Below, in pieces: positions 37,421 through 51,852 of a stretch of DNA of 64,000 bases; the first letter of the stretch is position 1, and every line of letters starts with the position of its first letter. The notes under the pieces were generated by a model. The model was not told the origin of the DNA and did no database searches. It worked only from the letters and a program-made list of their open reading frames with translations. Source of the stretch: Octopus sinensis (taxonomy: Eukaryota); NCBI RefSeq assembly GCF_006345805.1, contig NC_042998.1:21638001-21702000 (forward strand). The letters are read 5' to 3'. The position numbers and the translations under genes are program-made.

Positions 37421-38648
37421 GTATGTACGTAAATATATTCATGTGTGTGCGTGTGTGAAAGTAAGCGTGTGTGTGAAATTGGACGGAGTAAACACACACA
37501 CACATACACACACAATTCGATTCAAATTATTATTGCATTGTTTACACTGGTGAGCATCATCAATAAGAAGGAATAACAACAATGATAACCATCAGTATAA
37601 TAGTGATGATGGTGATCTATTTTTGTGTACTATTAGCATCGACTTTTCTTCTTACTAACAACAACCAGCAGAAAAATTTTCAAGAAACACTGAACATTAA
37701 GTTTCAAAAAACTAAACATCATATGTTTTTCTCGCATAAACATAGACGACATATATAAGTTTATTCTGTGCTTTTCCATTCTTTTTTTTTTTAAGGTACT
37801 GCCGATTAAATCAACCCCAATTCTTTAACTGGCACTTATTGTATCTTCCCATCTCTCTCTCTTTCTTTTCTACACCGGAAAGGATGATGAAAGGCGAGGT
37901 CGACTCCCAGAGGGATTTGAACTCAGAACGTAAAAGAGACGTAACTGAATTAAATACCGCAAAGTACTTCTTCTTGTCCCGAGATACTCAGCCATTCACC
38001 ACCCTCAGTGACGATAAGAAAAAAAAAAAGAAATAGAAGAGAAAAACAACAGCAATACTAAGAACAACAACAAAACTAGGGTTTGTGTGTGTGTGTTTTA
38101 AAAATGAGGGAGGTGCACAGACAATTACCCCTGCTCCAGTACTTATCCGGTACCTACCTTCCTTGTCTCCACCGAAACCACTACGCTACCCAACCGGAAG
38201 GATGAAAGGCAAAGTTAACCTCAGCGGGGTCTTAATAATAATAATAATAATCATATTAATAAATGTCTAACAAACCTTAAATAAAAGGGAAGGGTTTTAA
38301 TCGTTTAAATAGACTCCAGGATTTCACTCGTACTTTAAACTATAAACCTCCTGAAGAATAAATGGTAAAGTTAATCTCTTTAGTATTATAAGAATTATTG
38401 TATTTGTATTTGTGTTTGTCACTAGGGCGACGAATAAAGGGGACATTAATTAATTGCTAGGGCTAGTTCCAAAAATAAAAACATCATAATAATATAATTG
38501 GTGGGTCTCGCTTCACGCAAAATTGACTGAATTTTTTTTTTCTTTTAAAAAGCATTAAAATCATCAACAGTATATCAATAATAGAATTCGTAACAATAAA
38601 TAAGAAATCGTTTAACTAACCTTTTCAGCATCTATACATCTTCTGTAC

Positions 38649-38684
<36 letters not shown>

Positions 38685-38737
38685 GTATTAAAGGTAGAAA
38701 ACTTCTCCCAAAAAACGAATCCAGCGACTTTACTTAC

Positions 38738-39166
38738 AGTCGATAAAAATTTTGGTATTGTAAAAAGACAAAAAAACACAAAACAGGCTTCGATGAAAAG
38801 TAGTAAAATAATAGTAGTAGATCCAAGTTAGTGCTATGGAGCAAAAACGTGTGTGTGTTTTCCTTCTCACTCCAAACCAAGTCAAAAAAAAAAAAAGAAA
38901 AAGGCTTTTTAACAACTATAACCAAGAACGATCCATCTACGAGCTGATCCGAAGAGCAGACACACTCTCTCTTCTTCTTCTTCTTTTTCTTTTTCTCTTA
39001 CCCCCCTCCTCCTCCTCTTCTGCAGCCTTATTACGCTTACTGCTGCTCCTACTCCTGTTCCTGCCTGCCTCCTACTACTCTTTGCTTCGGTCTTTCTGTT
39101 TTCTTTCTTTTCTTTTCTTTTCACTTGCCTCTTCGCTACTCCACCTCCGCTCTCACACCTTTTATA
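38738..39166 (-). promoter_or_regulatory. Candidate TATA promoter plus non-coding first exon
   Basis: Minus-strand TATAAAAG at 39166-39159 next to a (GCC)n/GC-rich patch; plausible start about 39137; strong GTAAGT donor at 38737; only a 6-codon uORF inside. The link to the CD225 gene is unproven. Confidence 0.45.
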
Positions 39167-39286
39167 CGCTGCCGCCGCCGCCGCCACCACCACCTGCACA
39201 ATCACTCTCCTCTCTTTCCTCCTCTTCCTTCCACTCCTTCTTTCCGGCTTCTTTATTCCTTTCGTTCTGACTTCTACACACACTCA

Positions 39287-39330
<44 letters not shown>

Positions 39331-40014
39331 ATACACACACACACACACACACATATATATTCTCAATACACACACACACACACACACACATATATATCAC
39401 TATCTCTCTCCCCTCCCTCCCTCTCTCTCTCTTTCTTTCTCTTGCTTTCTCTCTCGTTACTAATCATTCAGTGAGTCTCACGCAATTTCTTTTCGTATGT
39501 GTGTGTCTATGTGTGCTGTGTGTGCTTGTGCGTGTGTACCAGTGTGCTTGTGTCTGTGTATGTGTGTCTGTGTTGGAGGGAGGGAAGGGTAGTGTATGTG
39601 CGTGCATGAGTGTGGGGGGGGGTCTGTGTGTGCGCGTGTTTGTGCCTTTCCTGTTTTAAATATAATTCTGTTAACGATATATATTTATGTGTACGTACGT
39701 ACGCAAATACGTCCATGCATATATATAAGCACACATACACAAATATATATATATATAACCACACACAAATATATATATATACACACACACACAAATATAT
39801 ATATATACACACACACAAATATATATATATACACACACACACACACAAATATATACACACACACACACACAATATATACACACACACACACAATATATAT
39901 ATATATATACAACCACACACACACACAAATATATATATCATCACACACACACAAATATATATATATATATCACACAAAATTATATATATATTCACACACA
40001 CATATATATATATT

Positions 40015-40046
<32 letters not shown>

Positions 40047-41129
40047 CACCCACAAATATATATATATAATATATATATGTACATGTACACATATGCATCC
40101 ACTAAAACATCCGTGTATATTGTGTGTATGTGTGTGTGTGTGCGCGCGCGCGCGTATGACAAGTTTTATTCAGCTTATCTTTAAATTTAAAAAAAAAATT
40201 GTTTCAAACTTTATCTTAGTGACCGATACACTCACACACATACACACACACACACATAGTTTGGACTTGCATTATATAATTCCGTCCCCCTTTAACGCCC
40301 TGAGTTCAATACCCAAGGAGAACCGATTAAAATTAATTTCTTTAAAGGAAGATTTAAAACAAAACAAAATAGAAATGACACAATTTTCCTTGTAACCCTC
40401 AAGTGCCAAGCTGATTTGATCGGCAAGTTCGTTCATAGCCCAACATCGCCCTTACACGAAAAACACGCCGGTCTTTGCTCATCTCAAAACCCCCCATCTC
40501 TGTTAGAAAATGTACTCGGAACTTATGCATCTCTGTTAGGAAACGTACTTGAACCTCATGTAACTATATATATTTTCGTCCAAACAACCAGCCAGCCAGC
40601 CATTTATTATATCTGCTTATCTAGCTCGTCTGTCCATCTATCTACCTACTTCGCCAATCTCTCTTGTATCAAACTATCTAATTATTTATCAGTCGTTGAT
40701 GTCTGATGTCAGCCTTTGCGTGCGTATGCGTATGTGCATTCCCTGTGTGTACGTGCGTGCGTGTGTGTGTGTGTGCGTGTGCGTGTGTGTGTGGTAGCAA
40801 TGCAAGCGCATGTAGACACACGCACACACAGATAAATACATGCACTTATTAAAATGCACACAAGCGCGCAGATACACATGAGAAGGCGGGCGAACGCATG
40901 CACACACACACGCACACACAGACACACACTCAAATAATGTATATACAAACGCACACACACACACACACACACACATGGAACACTGGCAAAGACACGGATA
41001 CACCTTTTTATTTTAGAAAAATATATATAATTCAATGGTGTCGAATTTTTCAACACCATATGTACTCTATAAATATGCGTTCATACATACATGTATGTGT
41101 GTGTGAACGTGAATATGCATGCGTGTGTT

Positions 41130-41185
<56 letters not shown>

Positions 41186-42123
41186 CATATATATAGTTAA
41201 TAATATAATAATAATAATAACGTATATATTTAGTAGAATTACATATAATAATATATACTAAATATATACGTTTTTATTATTATTTTGCAATTTACTTAAT
41301 CATCGGTATATTATTGTTATTTTAATTTTAATATTTCTATTACATGTAATTTTCTAGATGGTGTATTTAATTGTTCATTTTGAATTGATAAAAGGTAGTT
41401 TTTCTAATTTTTATACACACACACACACACTCCCAAACACACACACAATCAGAAAAAGTTCCCTTTTCGGTGCTAAAATTAACAACAATGCACATATCAC
41501 CTCTTTCTTTCCGGTTTCTCTCTCACCTTTCCTCACTTTCTGTCTCTCCCTCCTCTCTCTGTATGTATATATATATACACACACACACGTATATATCGTC
41601 AGTTACAACAAATCCGAAAAACAAGCACACTATATAAGTGTGTGTTTGTGTGTATGTATAGTATATATATATTTGTGTATGCATACACACACACACATAT
41701 GTATGTATGTATGTACACCCTACCGCTTCAAACCGATAAACCTATGAACCTGAACAATCTATAAATTTATCTATCAAATTATTTTGTTCACGTAAAATGT
41801 CATTTTATTCTGACGACTCAATATTCTTAAAATTTCTTTTTTTTTCTTTAAATACTTTTCTTTTCGCATTTCACTTCATCTTTTAATTTTGTTTTTCTAT
41901 TTTCTGCTCATTTTCTTTTTAACTCATCCAACCCTTCTGACTTTCAACATGAACATACACCTAAAACTTCATATATATATATATATATATACATACACAC
42001 ACACTTAGGCACATAGGGTTGTATGTCGGTGTGTGAGTGTAAATATATACGTACAAATATATAGACATTTATGTGTGCGAGTGTGCCGGTGTGTGTATGC
42101 AGTTCTATATATATATATATATA

Positions 42124-42164
<41 letters not shown>

Positions 42165-42292
42165 AGAGAGCGAGATACATATACGTGTGTGTGTGTGTGT
42201 TGTGAAGACAAGAGCACAAAAAGACAAACAACAGGAGTAACAAGTTTTGGAGTATACCGTATTATTTGAACTCTTAAAAGTAAAAGAAACGT

Positions 42293-42326
42293 CTTGACGT
42301 TTCGGATGCTAGTTCTTCATCATAAG
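42293..42326 (-). ncRNA. Degenerate minimal hammerhead in a PLE-end fragment (about 42205-42480)
   Basis: CTT-ATGATGA-A-GA-actagca-TCC-GAAA-CG-TC-AAG (C3A, stem II mismatch); the tail resembles that at 12880-12925. Confidence 0.55.
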
Positions 42327-43107
42327 TAAGATAGAGAAGAAGAAAAAATTAAGGAAAAAATGCACTGAGAATGAGAGGAAGAGAAAGGAGATTGGCGAAG
42401 GGTTAGGAGCCAGGTGGGAATGCGGTTTTATGGGGGTGTTAGGAAGGGAGGAATGGCAGAGTAGCATGGAGGAAGGGGTGTATGTGCGTATATGTGTATG
42501 CATACACACACACATAACATATACAGACATATATATACATGTAAGCACGCGCGCACACATACACATATTATATATATATATATTCGAATATGTATGCGTA
42601 CATACGTACAAACGTAAATGCTCAACTAATTATATACACACATTCTGTTATAAATACATAGACATACATACTTACATATACACATATCCACACACATAAT
42701 ACAAACACTTATATCTCCTTATACATGTATTCATTTACAGCCCACATACATACATACACACACACATGCATATATACATACATACATACACACACACATA
42801 CATATAAACATACATACATATATACAAAAACATACATACACATACATACATATAAACATACACACACTCATATACATACACACACAAACACAGAAACACA
42901 TACACACAAACACACACACACAAACACATACACACAAACACACACACACATACATACGCACGCATGTATTATATGCCAGTACATTTTACGTCTAACAATT
43001 TTATGGTTACCTTTCATACATCTTTCATTGCAAGCCATGCGTTTTGCCATACTTTTATTATATCTTGTTATGCTTTGCTATGTTCTGAGTGCCACTGAGT
43101 GTGTGCG

Positions 43108-43143
<36 letters not shown>

Positions 43144-43146
43144 TGT

Positions 43147-43183
<37 letters not shown>

Positions 43184-43824
43184 AGCGAGAGAGTGCATGT
43201 GTGTGTGTGTGTGTGTGTGTGTGTTGTGTATGTGTGTACGAGTCTTGTATTGCGCTGTATCGGCGTATCTGTATGTCGTTATTGGTGTTGTGTTAACCCT
43301 CTCTCTCTTTCTCTCGTCCTCTCACCACCTCTCTCTCTCTCTCTCTCTCTCTTTCTTTCTCTTGCCCTCTCACCACCTCTCTCTCTCTCGCCTTCTCACC
43401 GCCACACTCTCTCTCTCTCTCTCTCGCTCTCTCTGTTCTTTATCTTATCAATTCCTGTTATCTCTTAAAACAAATACTATACTAGTCTAAACACACATCT
43501 GCATCCGACTACATTTCTGTACATGTCGTTTTTTTCTTTTTTGTGTGTGTGTGTATAATGTACAAGTTTGTCTGCAGTTGTGTGTTTGTATGAGTGGGTA
43601 TACATAAGCATTTGTGCGTGTGATTGAGTGTGTGTGTGTGTGCATACACATGCATACACGCGCACACATATTGCATATATATATGCATGTGTGTGTGTAT
43701 ATAATATATATATATATACTATATCTAGTACATGTACGTTTGTGTTTGTATGCATGTGTATATAATATTTAAATTCATGCATTTGAATATATATTTATAT
43801 TAATATATACATCCACACACACAC

Positions 43825-43859
<35 letters not shown>

Positions 43860-44070
43860 TACACATGTTTGCGTGTAAATACATGGGTGTGTTTGAGTGT
43901 GTATGTATCTAGATTCATACATATATATTTTTGCTAAATTTGCCTATATATATATATATATGTTTACGTGTGTATACATGCACATTTATTAAATGTATGT
44001 AGATATATATTAAATGTATATAGTTAATGTCAAGATGTAATTATACTTACAAAATGCATATTATCACGTT

Positions 44071-44101
<31 letters not shown>

Positions 44102-44989
44102 TATATATATATATATTGTATAAATGTATTTATTTATACATGTATATATATATATATATATAGTGGTGTGTGTATTTATATATATATATATATGTATGCA
44201 TTTATATATGTATATATATATATGTGTGTGTGTATTTATTATATATATGTATGCATTTATATATGTATATATATGTGTGTGAGTGTGTATTTATATATAT
44301 ATATGTATTATATATATATATATTTATACGTGTGTGTGTGTGTGAGTGTGTATTTATATATATATGTATTTATATATATATATATTTATACGTGTGTTGT
44401 GTGTGAGTGTGTATTTATTATATATGTATTTATATATATATTTATACACATACTCATATCAATGCATGTATTTATTCTGTATACATGTATGCATACACAT
44501 ACATAATGCATACATATATACTACATACATACATATAACACACATACACACACACAAACATACGTACACAGGCCCATACACACACACACACACACATCAA
44601 GTCTTACATTTAACGGCGTTACTTTTCTGCTCTTCAAACCGTATCGTTAACACTCTTAGCTACATACTATATAATCTTTTCAGCTATTACACATCATCTC
44701 TCTCTTCCCTCCGCCGCTGCCGACACTCTGCTACTGCCATCATCTTCTACCCAGCACATCGTTGCCTTCCTTTATCTTCCTACATCTCAATATAGTTATT
44801 CAATCATTTATTCTATATATGTGTGTGTGTGTGTGTGTGCGTGGGAGAGAGAGTATGCGTGTATGCAAATCCCCACACATTTCACAAGTCTCATACACAC
44901 ACACACCACACTCTCTCACTCTTTTACACCCACACATACATAGAGAAAGAGGCAGCTTAAAAGGGATGAGAGGGAAAGAGAGTGAACGA

Positions 44990-44993
44990 TTAT

Positions 44994-45081
<88 letters not shown>

Positions 45082-45170
45082 CACAGACAGACTGGCAGAT
45101 AGATATATACACTGACAGGTAGATAGATAGATAGATAGATAGATGATAGATAGATAGATGATAGATAGAT

Positions 45171-45201
<31 letters not shown>

Positions 45202-45349
45202 ATAGATAGATGATAGATAGATAGATGATAGATAGATGATAGATAGATGATAGATAGATAGATAATAGATAGATAGATAGATAGATAATGATAGATAGAT
45301 AAATGATAGATAGATAAATGAGAATAGATAGATAGATAGATAGATAAAT

Positions 45350-45397
<48 letters not shown>

Positions 45398-45400
45398 CAG
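44990..45400. repeat. (GATA)n microsatellite
   Basis: Direct reading. Confidence 0.97.
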
Positions 45401-46224
45401 GCATACATACGTACATGCATACACACAGACTGGTAAATATACAGACAGGTAGATAGGTGGATACATACATACATACGTACTATCATATGTACAAACATAC
45501 ACATACATAAATATATGTATATATACATATATGCGTACAAAAATACACACACGCGTTATAAACAAGCATGTGTGTGTGTGTGTGTGCGTGTGTGTGTGTG
45601 TGCGTGTGTAGTTCATAGCCAAAACACCAATACTCAATAACCGAAAAAGAGGGACTACATAAGGCAGCCTTTCATCAGCCTAACTAAACACTATGATATG
45701 GAAACCACATTTAGTTTAGTTAACAGCTGATGATGGGTGTTTCTTTTATCTTTTACTTGTTTCATTCACTGGGCTGCAGCCTTGCTAGCACTGCCTTGTA
45801 ATGTCTTTTTAGTCGAACGAATTCACACCAGTACTTACTTTTGTTTGAAGCCCGATACTTATTCTATCGGACTCTCCTGTCGAACAACTAACTTACAGGG
45901 ACGGTAACAAACCAAGATTGGTTATCAAGTGGTGGTGGAGGGCAAACACAATCACACCATCACACACACACACACGTTTAAGAAGAAGAATATTTTCTGT
46001 GACTTCGGAGTTTCGGTCAGATAAACAATAATCGGACTGTGCTGTACAAAAGTATGTAGTACCTTTAGATTAATGTAAAATTGTTTTTATTATAACGAAA
46101 GCTCAACCAACAGAACTAAGTCAACACACCGAGTCAACCACATATTCACGAACACCGGTAACTCTTGTTATTGGTAGCAAATGGATTGAACTCCTTTAAC
46201 ATAAATAAAACCCATTACATATAT

Positions 46225-46460
46225 ACATACATGATGGCTTCCCCTCGTTATCGAGTATGGCCATTACACGAAGCTTTACTGTTATTGGTACTGTGATCGA
46301 AATGTGATTTTTTAGCCCAGCTAATGATCTACAATGTCTTGTACAAAATTGGCAGCTAAAACTTTTACCGGTAATAGCCGGTTGTAGTTGTAACTGGGCT
46401 TCATGTACCTTTGCATGTCGTTTAAGTCCTCCTGCCGAATTACACTCTCTTCCATATGCA
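46225..46460 (-). mobile_element. RTE-like LINE 3' end with C2H2 zinc fingers
   Basis: GRECNSAGGLKRHAKVH, FSCQFCTRHCRSLAGLKNHI, VMAILDNEGKP, then (ATGT)n. Confidence 0.6.
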
Positions 46461-46759
46461 TGCATGCATGCATGCATGCATGCATGCATACATACATACA
46501 TACATACATACATACATACATACATACATACATACATACATACATACATACATACACACACACACATACATACACACACACATACATACACATACATACA
46601 CACACATACATACACACACATACACACACATTCATACACACACATACACACATACATATACACACACACATACACACACACACATACACACATACATACA
46701 CACACATACATACATACACACATACATACATACACTACATACATTACGTACATTACATA

Positions 46760-47130
46760 CATGATAGTTGTCTACTCTTTATGCAGAGTTTGACCACCTC
46801 CTGTACCTACACATTAGAACCATCAGGACATCTGATGTGACTTCTTAAACCAGACAATGTTTTGAAAAGACACCCACATAGATTGCATATCCGATTTGGA
46901 CCACCAAGAGCTGCAGATAAGTTCTGATCTTTGTGGATCTTAAAATATCTTTTGGGGCCTCCGTTGGATTTGCAAACCTTATGGCATACACTGCATTCAG
47001 AGGAGTGCACAGACATATAGACAGAATAGTTTGTGGAGGTTCGTTTTCCAGGCGTTCGCCGATGAGATTTGAGGCCAGCAAAAGACAGGCATTGTCTGTC
47101 ACAGACTGTGCACACAAAAAGGTCACTATC
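46760..47130 (-). mobile_element. Second RTE-like 3' end with three C2H2-like fingers
   Basis: CTVCDRQCLSFAGLKSH, CSVCHKVCKSNGGPKRY..IH, CNLCGCLFKTLSGLRSH, then (ATGT)n. Confidence 0.55.
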
Positions 47131-47143
47131 ATACATACATAGA

Positions 47144-47520
47144 CGGAGAAGTAGCTGTGTGGTAAGTAGCTTGCTTACCAACCACATGGTTCCCGGGTTC
47201 AGTCCCACTGCGTGGAACCTTGGGTAAGTGCCTTCTACTATAGCCTCGGCGCAACCAAACCTTGTGAGTGGATTCGGTAGACGGAAACTGAAAGAAGCCA
47301 GTCGTATATGTGCGTGTGTGTGTATTTGTTCCACTAACATCGCTTGACAACCGATACTGGTGTGTTTACGTCCCAGTAGATTAGCGGTTCAGCAAAAGAG
47401 AACGATAGAATAAGTACTAGGCTCACAAAGAATAAGAACTGGGGTCTATTTGCTTGACTAAAGGCGGAGCTCCAGCATGGCCGCAGTCAAATGACTGAAA
47501 CGAGTTAAAGAATAAAAGAA
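47144..47520 (+). mobile_element. SINE family B, full length
   Basis: tRNA-like head, body and a LINE-like CCAGCATGGCCGCAGTCAAATGACTGAAAC tail. Confidence 0.9.
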
Positions 47521-47524
47521 TAAA

Positions 47525-47569
<45 letters not shown>

Positions 47570-48244
47570 TACATACATACATAACACACTGCCTAAATAC
47601 CAATCTTACGAAATTAAGCTTTATATGAGCGTGTCTAGCTTTATATGATATGCTCATAAATTAAGTATATATGAGCATGTCTAGACATGCAGCTATATGC
47701 ATGAGAATACATGCATAAAACAAAACATACCAATCTGCACGTATACACACATACATACATAAATAAATGCCCTGTTGATTTCGTTGAAATTCCAAGGAAG
47801 TAGCCTTGGATCTAAGTTAGAAACTGGCTCTTTCTCCATTGTCAAGAAATCTTGAAATAAAACTGGATAATCACATATATATGTATGAATATATGTACGC
47901 AGGTGTGTATATAAATACGTTATGTCACTCTTTGTACCACTGGTCACATATGATCCAATACAACCTGTTGCATGGTCAGGCCGTCGGCGACTAAACTGGC
48001 AAGCCTTCCAAGCCGACATGGTAGAAAAGATGACATTCGTTGGACACCCTGCAGAACGAATAATAAAACCTGCCAAATGGCGGATGAACACAGCAGAGTC
48101 AACAATCATCCAGCAGCTAAAAGTGAGGGACCCTTAGTCTTACTTAAACATTTCTCAGGGAGAAGGAACACTCTGATGTAACACCTGAGATTGTGCTTGC
48201 ATTCAGAAATGTAAACTAGCTCTTCTTTTTGTGAAAATACCTTT

Positions 48245-48765
48245 TTCTTTACTGCCCACAAGGGGCTAAACACAGACGGAATTTGAACTCAGAACGTAAC
48301 GGTAGACGAAATACCGCTAAGCTTTTCGTCCAGCGTGCTAACAATTCTTATCTCTTTATTGCCCACAAGGGGCTAAACATAGAGGGGACAAAAAATGACA
48401 GACAAACGGATTAAGTCGATTATATCGACCCCAGTGCGTAACTGGTACTTATTTAATCGACCCCGAAAGGATGAAAGGCAAAGTCGACGTCGGCGGAATT
48501 TGAACTCAGAACGTAACGGTAGACGAAATACCTATTTCTTTATTACCCACAAGGGGCTAAACACAGAGGGTACAAACAAGGACAGACATAGGTATTAAGT
48601 CGATTACATCGACCCCAGTGCGTAACTGGTACTTAATTTATCGACCCCGAAAGGATGAAAGGCAAAGTCGACCTCGGCGGTATTTGAACTCACAACGTAA
48701 CGGCAGACGAAATACCACTAAGCATTTCGCCCGGCGTGCTAACGTTTCTGCCAGCTCGCCGCCTT
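48245..48765 (-). mobile_element. SINE family A multimer
   Basis: About 184-bp units, junction at 48532. Confidence 0.85.
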
Positions 48766-48784
48766 AGAACAAAATAGGACCCTC

Positions 48785-49730
48785 GGTTGTTTAAAGTGGT
48801 ATTAGCCCTGTCTAGATATGCAGTAAAGAGCTTTGGAGAGATGGTATCTCCTTGCTTGACGCTTTTCTAAATTTGAACACTCACGGGTGGTGATAGCAGA
48901 GCTATATCTACTGAGCATCTAGAGCTCAGAGTTCTGAGCAATTTGATGTATTGCACTTCACCTTGCATTTCCAGAGATTTCAACACTGCATTCATCTTTA
49001 CGCTATCTTGGGAAGCACTCCGTCGGTTACGACGATGAGGGTTCCGGTTGATCCGAATCAACGAACAGCCTGCTCGTGAAATTAACGCGTAAGTGGCTGA
49101 GCACTCCACAGACACGTGTACCCTTAACGTAGTTCTCGGGGGTATTCAGCGTGACACCAGAGAGTGACAAGGCCGGCCTTTGAAATACAGGTACAACAGA
49201 AACAGGAAGTAAGAGCGAGAGAAAGTTGTGGTGAAAGAGTACAGCAGGGATCACCACCATCCCCTGCCGGAGCCTCGTGGAACTTTTAGGTGTTTTCGCT
49301 CAATAAACACTCACAGCGCCCGGTCTGGGAATCGAAACCGCGATCCTATGACCGCGAGTCCGCTGCCCTAACCACTGGGCCATTGCGCCTCCATTACGCT
49401 ATCTATGGAGGTCTCGTAATCGACAAAAGTGTTACATAGAAGAAGCTTGTGATTGCTCGTTTATTCTATGAGCTGTATTAGAATGAATATATGACCTGTC
49501 GTACTATAGTTCCTACGGAGACCTGCTTACTTTCTCGTGGCGTTTTTTTTTAAAGTCTGGTCACTATGACGATGAGAAGACGATTTGGTCAAACAATTTA
49601 GGTCAAGGTGGAAAAGAATGACACAATCAAGACAACTGGAAGCGCACTCTGGACAGCGGTCTATAACAGCCTCTCATGGTCTGGTCGATACTGTGATTAG
49701 CCCTATGCAAGGCCTTTCTTCACATTAAAA
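48785..49730 (-). mobile_element. RTE-clade LINE RT fragment interrupted by a SINE
   Basis: Joined across the SINE it reads FVDYETSIDSV...SVKQGDTISPKLFTA. Confidence 0.75.
49009..49393 (-). mobile_element. tRNA-derived SINE family C with 11-bp TSD
   Basis: TTACGCTATCT at 48998-49008 and 49394-49404; homologous to 54828-55196. Confidence 0.9.
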
Positions 49731-49749
49731 GGCTTCACGCACAGACATC

Positions 49750-50075
49750 AGTGGCTGTGTGGTAAGTAGCTTGCTTACCAACTACATGGTTCTGGGCTCA
49801 GTCCCACTGCATGGCACTTTGGACAAGTGTCTTCTACTATAGCCTCGAGCCGACCAAGGCCTTGTGAGTGGATTTGGTAGACGGAAACTGAAAGCAGCCC
49901 GTCGTGTGTGTGTGTGTGTGTGTGTGTTTATCCCCCTACCATCGCTTGATAACCGATGATGGTGTGTTTACGTCCCTGTAACCTAGCGGTTCGGCAAAGG
50001 AAACCGATAGAATAAGTACTAGACTTACAAGTAATAAGACCTGGGGTCGATTTGCTCGACTGAAACAAGTAAAAG
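49750..50075 (+). mobile_element. SINE family B
   Basis: Homology to 51247-51640. Confidence 0.85.
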
Positions 50076-50445
50076 AGTGTCACATAATTTGGCCGGTCGA
50101 AGCCGGAAAACCAAAAGAGTGCAGTACCTTCACAGGACTTAAAAGCCACATCCGTATTGTTCATTTAACTTTTCAACAGGCCGTATCAGGCCCAAATATT
50201 CCACCTGTTTTATGTCCAAAACTGGCCTGATTTGGCCTCTCACGTCAACCTTACGAAATCATTTTTAAAATTAATAGTTACCTCATAAAAATATCAAAGC
50301 TACAAGATACTGCAAGAGTAGTTCAAAAGATACGAGTAAAATAAACAGGACATCTGATAGATTAATGTGAACGCTACAGGGTTAAGATAATAATCAAGCG
50401 ACGGCTTTGTTCGAAATCGAATTGCCGCCATCATGACTAACTTTA

Positions 50446-50856
50446 GGAGTGGCTGTGTGGTAAGTAGCTTGCTTACCAACCACACGGTTCCGGGTTCAGT
50501 CCCACTGCGTGGCACCTTGGGAAAGTGTCTTCTACTATAGCCTCGGGCCGACAAAAGCCTTGTGAGTGGATTTGGTAGACTGAAACTGAAAGAAGCCCGT
50601 CGTATATATATTTCTTTACTACCCACAAGGGGCTAAACAGAGGGGACAAACAAGGACTGACAAATGGATTAATTCTATTACATCGACCCCAGTGCGTAAT
50701 TGGTACTTAATTTATCGACCCCGAAAGGAAGAAAGGCAAAGTCGACCTCGGCGGAATTTGAACTCAGAAAGTAGCGGCAGACGAAATAGCACTAAGCATT
50801 TCGCCTGGCGCGCTAACGTTTCTGTCAGCTCGCCGCCTGTCGTATATATATATATG

Positions 50857-50887
<31 letters not shown>

Positions 50888-51070
50888 CCCCCACAACATC
50901 GCTTGACAACCGATGTTGGTATGTTTACGTCCCCGTTACTTAGCGGTTCGGCAAAAGAATGAGCGATAGAATAAGTACTATGCTTACAAAGAATAAGTCC
51001 CGGGGTCTATTTGCTCGACTAAAAGGCGGTGCTCCAGCATGGCCGCAGTCAAATGACTGAAACAAGTAAA
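50446..51070 (+). mobile_element. SINE B containing a nested SINE A (50611-50838, minus strand) with 12-bp TSD
   Basis: GTCGTATATATA at 50599-50610 and 50839-50850. Confidence 0.9.
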
Positions 51071-51246
51071 AGAGAGTAAAGAGTAATACGACCCATTCAA
51101 ACCTGAAAGAATTCAACGCATCTCATTACATTAAGACATAGAACTGCTTATTTATACACAAGGTGTCCAGCAGTTGGGCCAAAGTATCAGAATCGATATA
51201 AGTTACTCCATTAGTTTCTCACCGACTGGGAGGTCACAGAATCGCA

Positions 51247-51640
51247 GGAGTGGCTGTGTGGTAAGTAGCTTGCTAACCAACCACATGGTTCCGGGTTCAG
51301 TCCCACTGCGTGGCATCTTGGGCAAGTGTCTTCTGCTATAGCCCCGGCCGACCAATGCCTTGTGAGTGGATTTGGTAGACGGAAACTGAAAGAAGCCTGT
51401 CGTATATCTGTATATATATATGTATGTGTGTGTTTGTGTGTCTGTGTTTGTCCCCCTAGCATTGCTTGACAACCGATGCTGGTGTGTTTACGTCCCCGTC
51501 ACTTAGCGGTTCGGCAAACGAGACCGATAGAATAAGTACTGGGCTTACAAAGAATAAGTCCCGGGGTCGATCTGCTCGACTAAAGGTGGTGCTCCAGCAT
51601 GGCCGCAGTCAAATGACTAAAACAAGTAAAAGAGTAAAGA
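51247..51640 (+). mobile_element. SINE family B, full length
   Basis: Head GGAGTGGCTGTGTGGTAAG; tail ending GTAAAAGA repeats. Confidence 0.9.
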
Positions 51641-51852
51641 GTATTGTTTTGTGGTCCTTTCTTAGCACAATCGCTTGTCGCTGTGTGTATGTGCCTACGT
51701 GTACATATATGCACACATCCACCAATCTATTCATCCGTTCAGCCAGCCATTAATAGATACATACATGTTGGACCGTTAATCCCTACACATTTTTCTCTGT
51801 GTTTTTCCCCGCGTTCCCTCTCTATTTTTTTCCTCCTCTCAACCCTTTCTTA

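Noticed and set aside
47900-48190. ORFs 47693-48181 in complex sequence
   Set aside because: No recognisable motif in any frame; possibly a LINE 5' region but not supportable.
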